Of a DNA stretch of 37,907 nucleotides, positions 9,182 to 18,602 are shown in pieces. Below the pieces are notes generated by a model that was not told where the DNA came from, did no database searches, and saw nothing but the letters and a program-made list of their open reading frames with translations. The stretch comes from Tortispora ganteri (taxonomy: Eukaryota): positions 62,001-99,907 of the forward strand of contig PPNB01000027.1 of assembly GCA_003707115.1 (NCBI GenBank), read 5' to 3'. Each line of letters starts with the position of its first letter. The stretch's first letter is position 1. Position numbers and translations under genes: made by a program.

Positions 9182-10393
9182 ATGTCATATTTTATACATA
9201 TCATGCACCAACAAATAATGAACACTATTGCTAATTCAATGAACATTATTCTCCATGCACCAGTCTTGGGGTGCTCGCAGCTTGCTACAGATCATCAAAA
9301 ACTTATCAATAGCGCGTTGTACGACCGTTCTCCTAAAAAGAAATCTAAACGTTCTAAGAAAAGCTGTAAAATGACTTCAAAGATTACCGCCAGATCTAAA
9401 ACTGTCCAGCAGACCCGCTCTGCTGACGTGAATACCCTGGCTGAACTACCCTACGCTAATTACAATATTGTCCGTGAGCTTACAAGAGGCAGAACACAAG
9501 ATATAACTAGAAGAAACAATTTGCGTCAGTTGCCTTACATGTATGCTGAGTTCTCTGCTTCTGTCTTCGAGAACCGCATCCTAATGAAACAACTGCCATT
9601 CTATGGCTGCCAAATGGACCACGTTGTCCACGATAATAAAGCCAACGATGGACTCCCTTACTATCGAAAAGACTTCGCTGCGGATTTTGATCTTGAGAGA
9701 ATTAATTCTCGAGATAATCTTCGTTTGATTCATGCTTTGCCATTCCAGGATCATGACATCGCTCTAGAATTTGGTCATGACAGCCACAGCGTCCAAAACA
9801 GATCATGGCTTAAACTTTTGCCGTATTTTACCCACAATTGGGATCCTGTTGTTTATTATAACAAAGAGAATGATGGATTGCCGTTTTATATGCGTGATTT
9901 TGCTTCCGATTTCGCTGAAGACAACAAGGACTCATCATTCAAGGCTTGCATGTTCAAGTACCTCCCTTTTCACTATTGTGATTTAGCACTAGAGTTAAGG
10001 GTTACAGCTGAAAGCGTCAAGGAAAGGAACAGACTGGATTCTTTTTGCAAAACGATCGGTTGCGAATTGCTGAGTATCGACAACACTCATATGTCCCTAA
10101 AACTGCTCAAGGAATTACCGTTCTACCGGTCCTGGGAGTCACCCACAGAGAATGACTGTTTGATCAAGAAACCTCGTTTGTTGGATTTAAACATGAATGA
10201 GCTTTTGATATCTCAACGTATAAGTCAAAAATGCACGACTGAAATGTTTTTCGACTATAAGGAACTTGACTGTCACTCCAAAGCGCAACAAGGCAAATGC
10301 AAGCCTCGCAAATATAAGCCTCACAAATGCAAGCCTCGCAAATGCAAACCTCGCAAATGTAAGCCGCGCAAATGCAAACGAAACACCAATTGA
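9182..10393 (+). CDS. Orphan protein with two tandem 75-aa repeats, recurring LP(F/Y) motifs and a basic Cys-rich (KCKPR)n tail; the real start may be ATG 9371
   Basis: 403-codon ORF with internal repeats at aa131-205 and aa206-280; no recognised domain. ATG 9371 has an AAA context. Confidence 0.65.
   Translation: MSYFIHIMHQQIMNTIANSMNIILHAPVLGCSQLATDHQKLINSALYDRSPKKKSKRSKKSCKMTSKITARSKTVQQTRSADVNTLAELPYANYNIVRELTRGRTQDITRRNNLRQLPYMYAEFSASVFENRILMKQLPFYGCQMDHVVHDNKANDGLPYYRKDFAADFDLERINSRDNLRLIHALPFQDHDIALEFGHDSHSVQNRSWLKLLPYFTHNWDPVVYYNKENDGLPFYMRDFASDFAEDNKDSSFKACMFKYLPFHYCDLALELRVTAESVKERNRLDSFCKTIGCELLSIDNTHMSLKLLKELPFYRSWESPTENDCLIKKPRLLDLNMNELLISQRISQKCTTEMFFDYKELDCHSKAQQGKCKPRKYKPHKCKPRKCKPRKCKPRKCKRNTN
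10294..10380 (+). repeat. 15-bp coding minisatellite CAAATGCAAGCCTCG x ~5.8, encoding KCKPR repeats
   Basis: Units read directly: caaatgcaagcctcg / caaatataagcctca / caaatgcaagcctcg / caaatgcaaacctcg / caaatgtaagccgcg / caaatgcaaacg. Confidence 0.95.
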
Positions 10394-10633
10394 AGTTCGA
10401 GTTGATATTCGACATGAAAATAACTCATAAAACCTTGCATTTTACGTAATTTAATCTGATTTTGCATATATTAATATTTATATACATATATAAAATCATG
10501 TAACTGTATGGACTCGTTGCTATGATATTTACCCTTTTTTGGGACTTCTCGAACTTCTTGCTCTGTTTAGATATTGCCATATTTGAGTCTTTACCGTAAA
10601 CAGCACAGATTCAGTAAATTCAATGCACAATAA

Positions 10634-13600
10634 ATGACTTCAAGGACTATAAAACTTGCATATTTAACTAATAAATCAAATAAAGAAGAAGTATGTGCAC
10701 TAATATCGTCTTTGAATCAAATATGCCAACTGGAAACAGTCTCAGTTAAGACTGCTGCTTCCTACCAAGGCCAAATACATACTATAACTACTACTGCCCT
10801 CCAATTGAATCAAATCTGCAAATCTCGGTCAGTACGTAATTCAAAAATCTTAATGGAAATTGATGGGAATGCTCTACATAAAGAACATATACGTGATCTG
10901 CTCCTAGCGGCTGCACACGCAGTAATACATTTAGATTCATTTCGATCACTCACAAAGTTTCAATCCGAAAAACAAATCCTCAACATTTTAGTTCAAATTG
11001 CCGACAATACCCCTGCAGATAAATTATTCAGAATATGCACATGGCTTGTCAAACGCCTGCATACTCAACCAGGCCAATGCTCTTTCGCAACGTACAACGA
11101 CCTGTTATTATCTCTAACGGCAGCCCAAGTCACAGACTCAACTGTTAATTTCCTCACTATATTCGTGAATATACTTTTGAGACTATGTATACAGGAAGCT
11201 AAGGCAAAAAAACGTCTTGTCAACACTAATACCCTGCTTATCCTCGCTAATGCATTAGCTACCAAGAGTGAACCAGCCATTGCCAGACCGGCAATGACTA
11301 CTATGTCAAAGTCGTACAAAGCGCTCGCAAGACTCTCTGCAGGAACAAGCGGAGATTTTTTAATGTTGGCAAGCTATACCTTGGCTCATCCACAGTCTGA
11401 TGAAGAGAACACTCAATATTCTGCTCTTGTCAGAAATGTTCTAAGCAACTCGTCTATCTCAGAATCAAGAAGACAAGAAATCACTGAACTTTTGATAGGA
11501 TCTGTATTAAAATGCACGTCCATAGAGTTTAGTAGTACTATCCCTTCGACTGTATTGACATCTTTATCTTTAAAGACTAACAAAACTGTCTCGGAGGAAG
11601 AAGCAATGCAGATACTTAATGACCTCGCTGCAGAAAAAATCTCAAAATCAAACGTTTCCGTCATCAGTACGGAGTATCTGAATCTAATTGATCATATTAA
11701 CCTTCCTGCATTTACTAAAGGATGCACTAAATTACTGAAATTTGTTTTGAAGTCAAAGGAACATCTTGATGTACAGACTTATAAAAGTATTGCGCAGATA
11801 TTATCTTCAAAAGGAGAGACGAAGTCCCTAGCGTTATTATCGGACGCTATGTATAATGTGGCGTTGCGATCTTCTAATTCAATGAGCAAATCTGATCTTG
11901 ATATTCTCTTGAGACTATGCATTAGCGTCATTCCGAGCGCTGAACAAACTAGTTCTAGAACTTTAATAAAGAGACAATACCTGCTCTTGAATACTCTGAA
12001 AGAGGATAAAACATCTTTGATTTACGAAGTCAGGGACTATTTCATGTGTGTTTTTGCCGATGAGGAACGAAAAGAGAATATTTTAAAAGAATCAATTGAG
12101 ACAGGGGATGCCAAACTGTTTCTTTATAAAGTTATCTCTTTATGCCTTTTGAAAAACATTAACTTCAACTTTACTGAATTTCCTGACTTGAAATTATCTT
12201 CCTTTATGTCTCTTTCTGCATTGAAAGTTTGCAATTCCACTTCTGGCAGCTTGAAACAAGCAGCAAATGATATATCGAGACAAATATTGGAACATATAGA
12301 GAGACACAGTATTAGTAATTCTTACGACACAGAGTCGCTAGCTATGATGTTGCTATATGGCGATATATCTTTTGCATATATTGTGTGTTCCAGGTTACCG
12401 TCTTCAGAAGAAATAATGATCATGGAAAACCTTTCATTTTCAGCCAGATTAGTGCTTTGTCTTTGTAAATGCTTTTCTTTAGTCTTTACTGGCGATTTCC
12501 ATTCGATACAAGCAGAACTTTCTCTGTCTAAAATGGCAGAAAGATTTAAAGGTATTAGTCCGAGGGACGCTGATGATGAAGTACTTTATCATTATGTGCC
12601 CATTTTGATGAGCTCTTTTTCTTCTTTGCTCTATTATCGTGGGTATTTACTGGAGTCAACTGAAATTGCGAAACTAGCTTTGTCATTCACTTCTCAAGAT
12701 TGTTATGTTCGCCCAGATCTGCTCACCACACTAGCCAGATCTTTAAATCATTCAGGGTTTTCTTCAGAGGCGATATTAACTGTTAGCGAGGCTCTGGATC
12801 AAGGATGTGATATCTCGCAAATTCTAGATTATAATATCGCTTGCATATCTGTTTACGTTGAGAATGGTTTATTAAATTATGCTCAAAACTGTCTACAGAA
12901 TATTATCAAAGTGAAAAACTCGCTGGCGCAACTTAGTAAATACGAAAGATTGTATTATATGGGTTGTTTTGAGCTTAGTGCTGGACTAATTGCATTTGGC
13001 AGTGGAAATTATTCGTATTCAGCGATTCACACAAAGAAATCGATTAGATTTTTTAAGACTATATTTGCAGCAACAAATCTTCCACAGGATCTGCGAAACT
13101 GGAAAACTCTTAATATGCACAGATATTCATTGGAATTGCTGATTACATTATACAGCTTTTTGGGGTTTTCCAGAGAAGTCTTATACTACTTAAAACAACA
13201 CGAAGAGTTGCAAAATTTGGTGAACTCACCGTACGGATTACTTCACGGTGCTACTTTTAAGTCAATGTTTCTGGAGATTGAAAGTCAGAATGTGAAAGAA
13301 GTATGTATCTCTCAGGTGGAAGAGGCACAACAGTTGTCGTTCTTACCTGATTATGCTACACTAGTTGCTCATGTTGCACAGGATCTGGGCACTACTCAAT
13401 TGATTGGACGAGCTTTTGAAGTAGTTGATGAGCTTATTGAGTATGTCTCTAATAAGGAAGAGTTGGACGAAATGATCTCAATAAACAAAGCCATTGAACG
13501 TTTGGATTTAACAGACGGAACTGAAAGTTTAGCTGTGAATGGTAAGACTAGATGTTTAGACATCAAATCTTTTGTATTTCGGATTAAGAGCGAAACACAT

Positions 13601-15556
13601 TTTACGCAAAAAGAATGGGATTTGTGCACGAAATCTTTAGATTCTGCAATGGACATTGCACTCTCAAAGCGAGAAAGACTTTTGTCTTATTTCAAGTATA
13701 AGGAGTACAGTGCTGAGATCGCTTTGAGCGGAATTTGTGTTGATAAGTTCTTTAACATACTGACAGATTCAGCTTTTTGCGTCCCTTCTTCAATAGTTGA
13801 TACTGACGCCGGTGAAACTGGTAATAAGTGCTATAATTCTAACAATGCAAATACGTTAGAAGCTCTCAAGTCTATTTGCAATGATGTGTTTGACGTATTT
13901 GGTGATATTTGGACATTATTTAGGATATCTGAAGTCCGTCAGGTACTGTTTGGGCTAGTAAGGTGGCTTACTTTTATAGCAGCTATGACACAATCAAGCG
14001 AAGAGGAGGCTTGGAGAATTGCGACTTTACTGGAGTTTGCAAAAGAAATGAGACAATTACCAGAGCTTGACTCTAGTTATGACTGTGGTCTGGAGTGGCT
14101 CGAGACGTCAATACCGGATATAAAAGGAGCTACGCACTGTATAGATTCTATGATAGGATCTTTCAAGAGCAAAGTAAGTGCTCTGCCTAAAGACTATACA
14201 GTTGTCAGCTCGCATATTTGCTCATATACGGGCGACATATATTTATCTAAATACCGAGCAGACAATATGCCATACATATTACGGCTACCGGTTGCACGGA
14301 GACACAGTCTTGATGCAGTGGAAGAAGTATTATCTGTTGAAGAGGCAATTAAACGCCTTCATGATATTATTGCGCTAAGTAATGCCACAATCAAGAATGA
14401 TGCGAATTTAAGCAAAACTAAGTGGTGGAAAGAAAGATATGCTTTGGACAAAGAGCTAGGCGATCTGTTGTGGCATATAGAGGACTGCTGGTTTGGATCT
14501 TTTGTCTCATTTTTCTTTTCAGTTGGGGATAAACATAAATCTATGGAGTTTTATAAGCTTTTTAATAGTTTTCTTGATTCTCATTTACCTTCCAGGAAAA
14601 GGAAGATGCGACGAACCAGACAGCCACATGGTTGTGTGAGTCCCGTAATTTCAGACATGTTTCTTTCCCTCAATAAATGGATCAGCAGATTACGTGAGAA
14701 CTCTATGGAGAATGAGATGTATGATTCTACTGCATTGTACGAGGATTTGATATATTTTATGCTTGATAACCTTCAGTTCCAAGGGGAACAAAATGCCTAT
14801 GACGAGTGCGAGGTTGATCACTGGGCTGTGGCTATTCAAGATCTTATATGCAGCTCTTTTGACTCTAATACGAACACAAGCGAGAAATTGGTGTTGATAC
14901 TTGATAGTCAACTCACGAATATCCCATGGGAGTCTATGGTTGCTTTCCAACAGAGCGCTATATGCCGAGTGCCTTCAATGAGCACGCTAATGAATTGCCT
15001 TAAGCGCAACGAAAAATACAAATTAAACAAAATTTCATATTTGTTGAATCCGTCAGGAGATTTGAAGCGAACTCAAACGACTTTCGGAACTAGGCTCAAA
15101 GATTATAATGGAATGACCGGAAATATTCCTAGTGAAGAACAAATCAACAGTCTTCTTAATAGTGATATTTTCCTATATTTTGGTCATGGTGGAGGTGATC
15201 AGTTTATAAGATCAGGGAAAATTACTAGCTGTACGGAATTAGGTGTCGTTTGCCTATTTGGATGTTCTTCTGGAGTAATTAATCAGGATGGGCCAATGTA
15301 CAATGCGTATGGAATTCCTTACGATTATCTTTCTGGAGGATCACCTGCTGTTATTTCTTGCTTATGGGATGTAACAGACAAGGATTTGGACTTATACTCT
15401 CAGAATTTTCTAGAAAACTGGCTTCCTTCATTCGGAAGTTCAGATAACATGAAAACTGATGCTGGCTCTGCTGTGAGTTTAGCAAGATCAGCATGCAAAT
15501 TAAGGTACCTTACAGGTGCAGCTCCAATAATACATGGAGTACCTGTTAAATTATAG
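10634..15556 (+). CDS. ESP1: Separase (peptidase C50)
   Basis: 1640 aa. The C-terminal protease domain has WWKERYALD, IPWES, RVPS, YLLNPSGDL, FLYFGHGGG (catalytic His), LFGCSS (catalytic Cys), LWDVTDKDLD and CKLRYLTGAAP. Confidence 0.96.
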   Translation: MTSRTIKLAYLTNKSNKEEVCALISSLNQICQLETVSVKTAASYQGQIHTITTTALQLNQICKSRSVRNSKILMEIDGNALHKEHIRDLLLAAAHAVIHLDSFRSLTKFQSEKQILNILVQIADNTPADKLFRICTWLVKRLHTQPGQCSFATYNDLLLSLTAAQVTDSTVNFLTIFVNILLRLCIQEAKAKKRLVNTNTLLILANALATKSEPAIARPAMTTMSKSYKALARLSAGTSGDFLMLASYTLAHPQSDEENTQYSALVRNVLSNSSISESRRQEITELLIGSVLKCTSIEFSSTIPSTVLTSLSLKTNKTVSEEEAMQILNDLAAEKISKSNVSVISTEYLNLIDHINLPAFTKGCTKLLKFVLKSKEHLDVQTYKSIAQILSSKGETKSLALLSDAMYNVALRSSNSMSKSDLDILLRLCISVIPSAEQTSSRTLIKRQYLLLNTLKEDKTSLIYEVRDYFMCVFADEERKENILKESIETGDAKLFLYKVISLCLLKNINFNFTEFPDLKLSSFMSLSALKVCNSTSGSLKQAANDISRQILEHIERHSISNSYDTESLAMMLLYGDISFAYIVCSRLPSSEEIMIMENLSFSARLVLCLCKCFSLVFTGDFHSIQAELSLSKMAERFKGISPRDADDEVLYHYVPILMSSFSSLLYYRGYLLESTEIAKLALSFTSQDCYVRPDLLTTLARSLNHSGFSSEAILTVSEALDQGCDISQILDYNIACISVYVENGLLNYAQNCLQNIIKVKNSLAQLSKYERLYYMGCFELSAGLIAFGSGNYSYSAIHTKKSIRFFKTIFAATNLPQDLRNWKTLNMHRYSLELLITLYSFLGFSREVLYYLKQHEELQNLVNSPYGLLHGATFKSMFLEIESQNVKEVCISQVEEAQQLSFLPDYATLVAHVAQDLGTTQLIGRAFEVVDELIEYVSNKEELDEMISINKAIERLDLTDGTESLAVNGKTRCLDIKSFVFRIKSETHFTQKEWDLCTKSLDSAMDIALSKRERLLSYFKYKEYSAEIALSGICVDKFFNILTDSAFCVPSSIVDTDAGETGNKCYNSNNANTLEALKSICNDVFDVFGDIWTLFRISEVRQVLFGLVRWLTFIAAMTQSSEEEAWRIATLLEFAKEMRQLPELDSSYDCGLEWLETSIPDIKGATHCIDSMIGSFKSKVSALPKDYTVVSSHICSYTGDIYLSKYRADNMPYILRLPVARRHSLDAVEEVLSVEEAIKRLHDIIALSNATIKNDANLSKTKWWKERYALDKELGDLLWHIEDCWFGSFVSFFFSVGDKHKSMEFYKLFNSFLDSHLPSRKRKMRRTRQPHGCVSPVISDMFLSLNKWISRLRENSMENEMYDSTALYEDLIYFMLDNLQFQGEQNAYDECEVDHWAVAIQDLICSSFDSNTNTSEKLVLILDSQLTNIPWESMVAFQQSAICRVPSMSTLMNCLKRNEKYKLNKISYLLNPSGDLKRTQTTFGTRLKDYNGMTGNIPSEEQINSLLNSDIFLYFGHGGGDQFIRSGKITSCTELGVVCLFGCSSGVINQDGPMYNAYGIPYDYLSGGSPAVISCLWDVTDKDLDLYSQNFLENWLPSFGSSDNMKTDAGSAVSLARSACKLRYLTGAAPIIHGVPVKL

Positions 15557-15575
15557 CGATAAATGACAATGATTA

Positions 15576-16946
15576 TTAAATAGTGGATTTCTTAGTAAAT
15601 TGCAGATAGCAAGAGTTCGAAGATATGGCGGTGGTGTAGCGATCCAAAGGCCTAAAATCGCACTTAGATGCACCATCTGCAATGCGAGTGGAAAACTCAC
15701 CATATATTTTGCGAATAGTTAATCGCATAACTAGTAGAGCGAGATGCTGACCAACACACATGCGAGATCCGGCACCGAAAGGCATCATGTAGCTGTACAT
15801 TTCCTTTGATGCGTCTTTCCACCTGTAAGGATTAAACAATTCGGCATCTTTTCCAAAAACTCTTTTGACCCTGTGCAAAGAGTATGGCTGAACCGAAACG
15901 ACAGTACCAGGATTAATAAAATACGAAAGAATGAACAACCCTTTTTCACCAACGACTCTTGGCTCAGACCCAGGAATTGGCGAATGAAGACGCAGAGTCT
16001 CAAGGATGCACCATTCACAAAGATTATCCTTTGGTATGTCACGAGGATGAGTAAAGGTCGGTTCAGACTCTATAGTTCGCTGGAGGTCAGCCTGAAGTTG
16101 AGGATTTGAAGAAACCTCATAACAGAGAAATGTTAAGGCCAGAGCGGTAGTGTCGTGCCCCGCAGAGATATGGTCCATAGCCTCACTAGCCACGAACAAT
16201 TTAGATAATCCTGATTCTTTTAGCTTCTGGATTAAGGAAAACTGAGCTGGGCAGGCCCATGTCGAAGAAACCAGGTTGAGAAGCCATGAGTCTGTAAATG
16301 AGTATGCATTAGAAACTGCAGAAGTTGCGGGCACCCAAGGCGCATAGCTAGTGAAAAACCATCGATTAAATGCTACAGAAAACTTCTCATTAACTGCATC
16401 TAATTCGGCGTCTGCCGGTTGTGGAGCTGACGGTCCAAGAGTGACTGCTAGAGCGGCTCTCATTGCAAGACGTTTAAAGAGACTGAGAACATTGAGTGAT
16501 GGTTTATTGTGTGAAGCGTATGCAATTGAATAAGTAAGCTCATCCACTGCCAAAGAGACTGCAGGCGATATGTTATTAATAATGTTTGAATTAGAGTAGA
16601 GAATCTGGTAGCGAGCTCGCGAAGTTCTATGAGGAATTCTATGTTTGATGGAAAAGGCATTCGGGGTGTTGTAGTTCTCAAAATTGTAGAAGTCAGATTT
16701 GTCCAAGTTAGCAATGTATATAGACTTAACTGCGTCTATATGTAAAATAGAGACTTCATTGGGCGCAATCTGGACTACTGGGCCATAAAGGAGATGAAAA
16801 TCGTTGAGTTTGGCATTGCGTTTTCCGAGGAAGGCGTAGATAAGGCCGATATTTACAAATTTTGCTGCAAAAGGGCCTGGAGCAATATATTTAAGTTTGT
16901 AGATAAGCACAAAGAAAAGGAAAATTGTTGTTAAAGCGAGGATCAT
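15576..16946 (-). CDS. Cytochrome P450 monooxygenase (membrane-anchored; substrate unknown)
   Basis: The first ATG at 16946 gives MILALTTIFLFFVLIYKL (TM anchor); YGPVVQIAPNEVS, I-helix AGHDTT, ExxR ETLR, FNPYRW and heme motif PFGAGSRMCVG. The track's start at 16970 is a GTG. Confidence 0.93.
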   Translation of the reverse strand: MILALTTIFLFFVLIYKLKYIAPGPFAAKFVNIGLIYAFLGKRNAKLNDFHLLYGPVVQIAPNEVSILHIDAVKSIYIANLDKSDFYNFENYNTPNAFSIKHRIPHRTSRARYQILYSNSNIINNISPAVSLAVDELTYSIAYASHNKPSLNVLSLFKRLAMRAALAVTLGPSAPQPADAELDAVNEKFSVAFNRWFFTSYAPWVPATSAVSNAYSFTDSWLLNLVSSTWACPAQFSLIQKLKESGLSKLFVASEAMDHISAGHDTTALALTFLCYEVSSNPQLQADLQRTIESEPTFTHPRDIPKDNLCEWCILETLRLHSPIPGSEPRVVGEKGLFILSYFINPGTVVSVQPYSLHRVKRVFGKDAELFNPYRWKDASKEMYSYMMPFGAGSRMCVGQHLALLVMRLTIRKIYGEFSTRIADGASKCDFRPLDRYTTAISSNSCYLQFTKKSTI

Positions 16947-16951
16947 AATGG

Positions 16952-17584
16952 TTAGCGCGAAACGGGGCACAGGTACATAAGGAGCTGCCAGAGGGATATA
17001 ACGGTGTTGTGATTGTACAGCGGTAGATCAGGGCCTGCTAGACGTGCAGGATCTATTTCTAGCTGTTCAGTGTAGAAAGTAGGAGTATCTGCGTTAGAGA
17101 AGGAGCCGCTACCAGTTACTAATCTGGCTAGCGGGGTACGGTTTGGCGCAGAGTGTGGTTCGTTATCTAGGAAAGAGTAGAGGGCACAGTAAAGGGAGGT
17201 AAGGAGACGTTCAGCGAGGTCTGGAGAGGCCAATGGCCAATTGCTGAACGAAAGAATAGCTGGGGCAATAATCTGAGCAGTTTTGGCGTTAAGAGCGATG
17301 TAGTTGGTCTGTCTTGTGGTGGGCAGATCGATAAGAGGATTAGGCGGGGAGGAGGTGATTGTAGTGGGAGTTAGGGCCATGAGAAGGCACCTAGGAGCCA
17401 GAAGACGTCCCAGCTTGTCAAGTCTTATAGGGGCGGCGAGTATATGGGCGAACGAGGAATTATTTATTTTCTTTGAAAGAGAAGTATTTGCGCATGCATG
17501 AGGGATGCGGGATTGAGTAGGTAATTCTAGCGACAGGCTAGTCGGAATGACCGATTTCGGATGGTAGTATTTTGGTAGTCTCAT
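16952..17584 (-). CDS. RRG8: Probable Rrg8-like mitochondrial protein
   Basis: Basic N-terminus lacking acidic residues (MRLPKYYHPK). NNSSFAHILAAPIRLDKLGRLLAPRCLLMAL resembles the conserved N..(F/Y)A..LA(S/T)P(M/V)R...LL block I recall for Rrg8-family proteins; identity from memory only. Confidence 0.5.
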   Translation of the reverse strand: MRLPKYYHPKSVIPTSLSLELPTQSRIPHACANTSLSKKINNSSFAHILAAPIRLDKLGRLLAPRCLLMALTPTTITSSPPNPLIDLPTTRQTNYIALNAKTAQIIAPAILSFSNWPLASPDLAERLLTSLYCALYSFLDNEPHSAPNRTPLARLVTGSGSFSNADTPTFYTEQLEIDPARLAGPDLPLYNHNTVISLWQLLMYLCPVSR

Positions 17585-17663
17585 GCGGGTGGGTGTGTAG
17601 GTGGGAAGGTTAGGTTTTAATATTTGTGAAATTGATCTGATCTTTGTTTACACTTGACCAATA

Positions 17664-18029
17664 ATGGATCGAAACGCAACCCTGCAAGAAGCGTTTATGT
17701 TGCTGGATAGAGACATGGACGACGTTATTGGTAAAGATGATCTGGAACGTGTGATTGAGCCACTTGGACTGAAAGAATCTGCGGAGCAAATGCTTGGAGA
17801 TAGGAGCGATATGGATTTGATGTCGTTTATGAGCCTTCTAAATAAGAAACTATGGAAACAAACAGATATCGAAGACCTAAAAGAAGCATTTGAATCGATC
17901 TCGGTAAATGGATTAGTGCGTGTTAAAGATCTCCAAGGTGTAGACCTTACAGGGCTCGATGAATTCGTCGCAGTCAAAAACGGCGAAGAACATTTCCTTT
18001 ACAGAGACTTTTTAGAACAATTACATTAA
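17664..18029 (+). CDS. MLC2: EF-hand myosin II regulatory light chain
   Basis: LQEAFMLLDRDMDDVIGKDDL EF-hand, EDLKEAFE, and FLYRDFLEQL terminus; lies convergent to RPO26 as MLC2 does in S. cerevisiae. Confidence 0.75.
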   Translation: MDRNATLQEAFMLLDRDMDDVIGKDDLERVIEPLGLKESAEQMLGDRSDMDLMSFMSLLNKKLWKQTDIEDLKEAFESISVNGLVRVKDLQGVDLTGLDEFVAVKNGEEHFLYRDFLEQLH

Positions 18030-18058
18030 AACATATTTATTTCCTTCTTCTTTTTCGA

Positions 18059-18499
18059 TTACACGTCGATAATAAATTCGTCACAAGACCAGTCTTCATA
18101 TGACCCGTCCGGCATATATCTTCTTACCACTAAGGGTATTTTACGTTCTGCGAGCTCCTTCATGGCAATCTGTAGAGGATCTGTTTCTCCTTCCAAGTCT
18201 ACCAATACAGGTGCATTCATGCTTATCTGCAACGCACGGGTACCAAGGAGTCTAGCTTTTTCGTATTTAGTCATATATGGAGCTGTAGTCCTCTTTTCTT
18301 TTGGTATTTCTAAGTCTTTGTGCTTCAGAATCACTGTGTTTCCACCTCCGTTGGTCTTTACATCATCATGCTCCGCACCGTCTTCAACCCCATTCTCTTC
18401 TTCTTCTTGCATTTCGATTTCTTCAAAGTCTTCCTCTATAAACTCCTCCTCCATGATCTGGTCTTCATTGTATCCGTCATAATCTCCTTCATCCGACAT
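18059..18499 (-). CDS. RPO26: RNA polymerase I/II/III common subunit Rpb6 (ABC23)
   Basis: Acidic N-terminus followed by the near-invariant [43 protein letters not shown]...[17 protein letters not shown]. Confidence 0.98.
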   Translation of the reverse strand: MSDEGDYDGYNEDQIMEEEFIEEDFEEIEMQEEEENGVEDGAEHDDVKTNGGGNTVILKHKDLEIPKEKRTTAPYMTKYEKARLLGTRALQISMNAPVLVDLEGETDPLQIAMKELAERKIPLVVRRYMPDGSYEDWSCDEFIIDV

Positions 18500-18602
18500 T
18501 TTCGCTGCTGGCTATGTCGAAATTTTTGTTCCGTTGCTATGCAAATAGATCTACTACTACTTCTACTTCTCTACCCATGCCCACACTTCTGTTTCCCTGC
18601 AT

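Noticed and set aside
10294..10380. CRISPR-like or telomeric array
   Set aside because: Contiguous 15-bp units with no spacers, in frame within a eukaryotic ORF; it is a coding minisatellite.
15540..15556. Separase C-terminal VKL as a PTS1; readthrough PTS1 at other stops
   Set aside because: VKL is not a canonical PTS1 and separase is nuclear; the readthrough extensions checked (GST, EGT1, chitinase, PNPOx-like, AFI1-like) do not end in SKL-like tripeptides.
16947..16970. Apparent 19-nt overlap of the P450 with the upstream gene
   Set aside because: Artefact of a GTG start call; the first ATG (16946) begins the TM anchor and lies 5 nt after the upstream stop.
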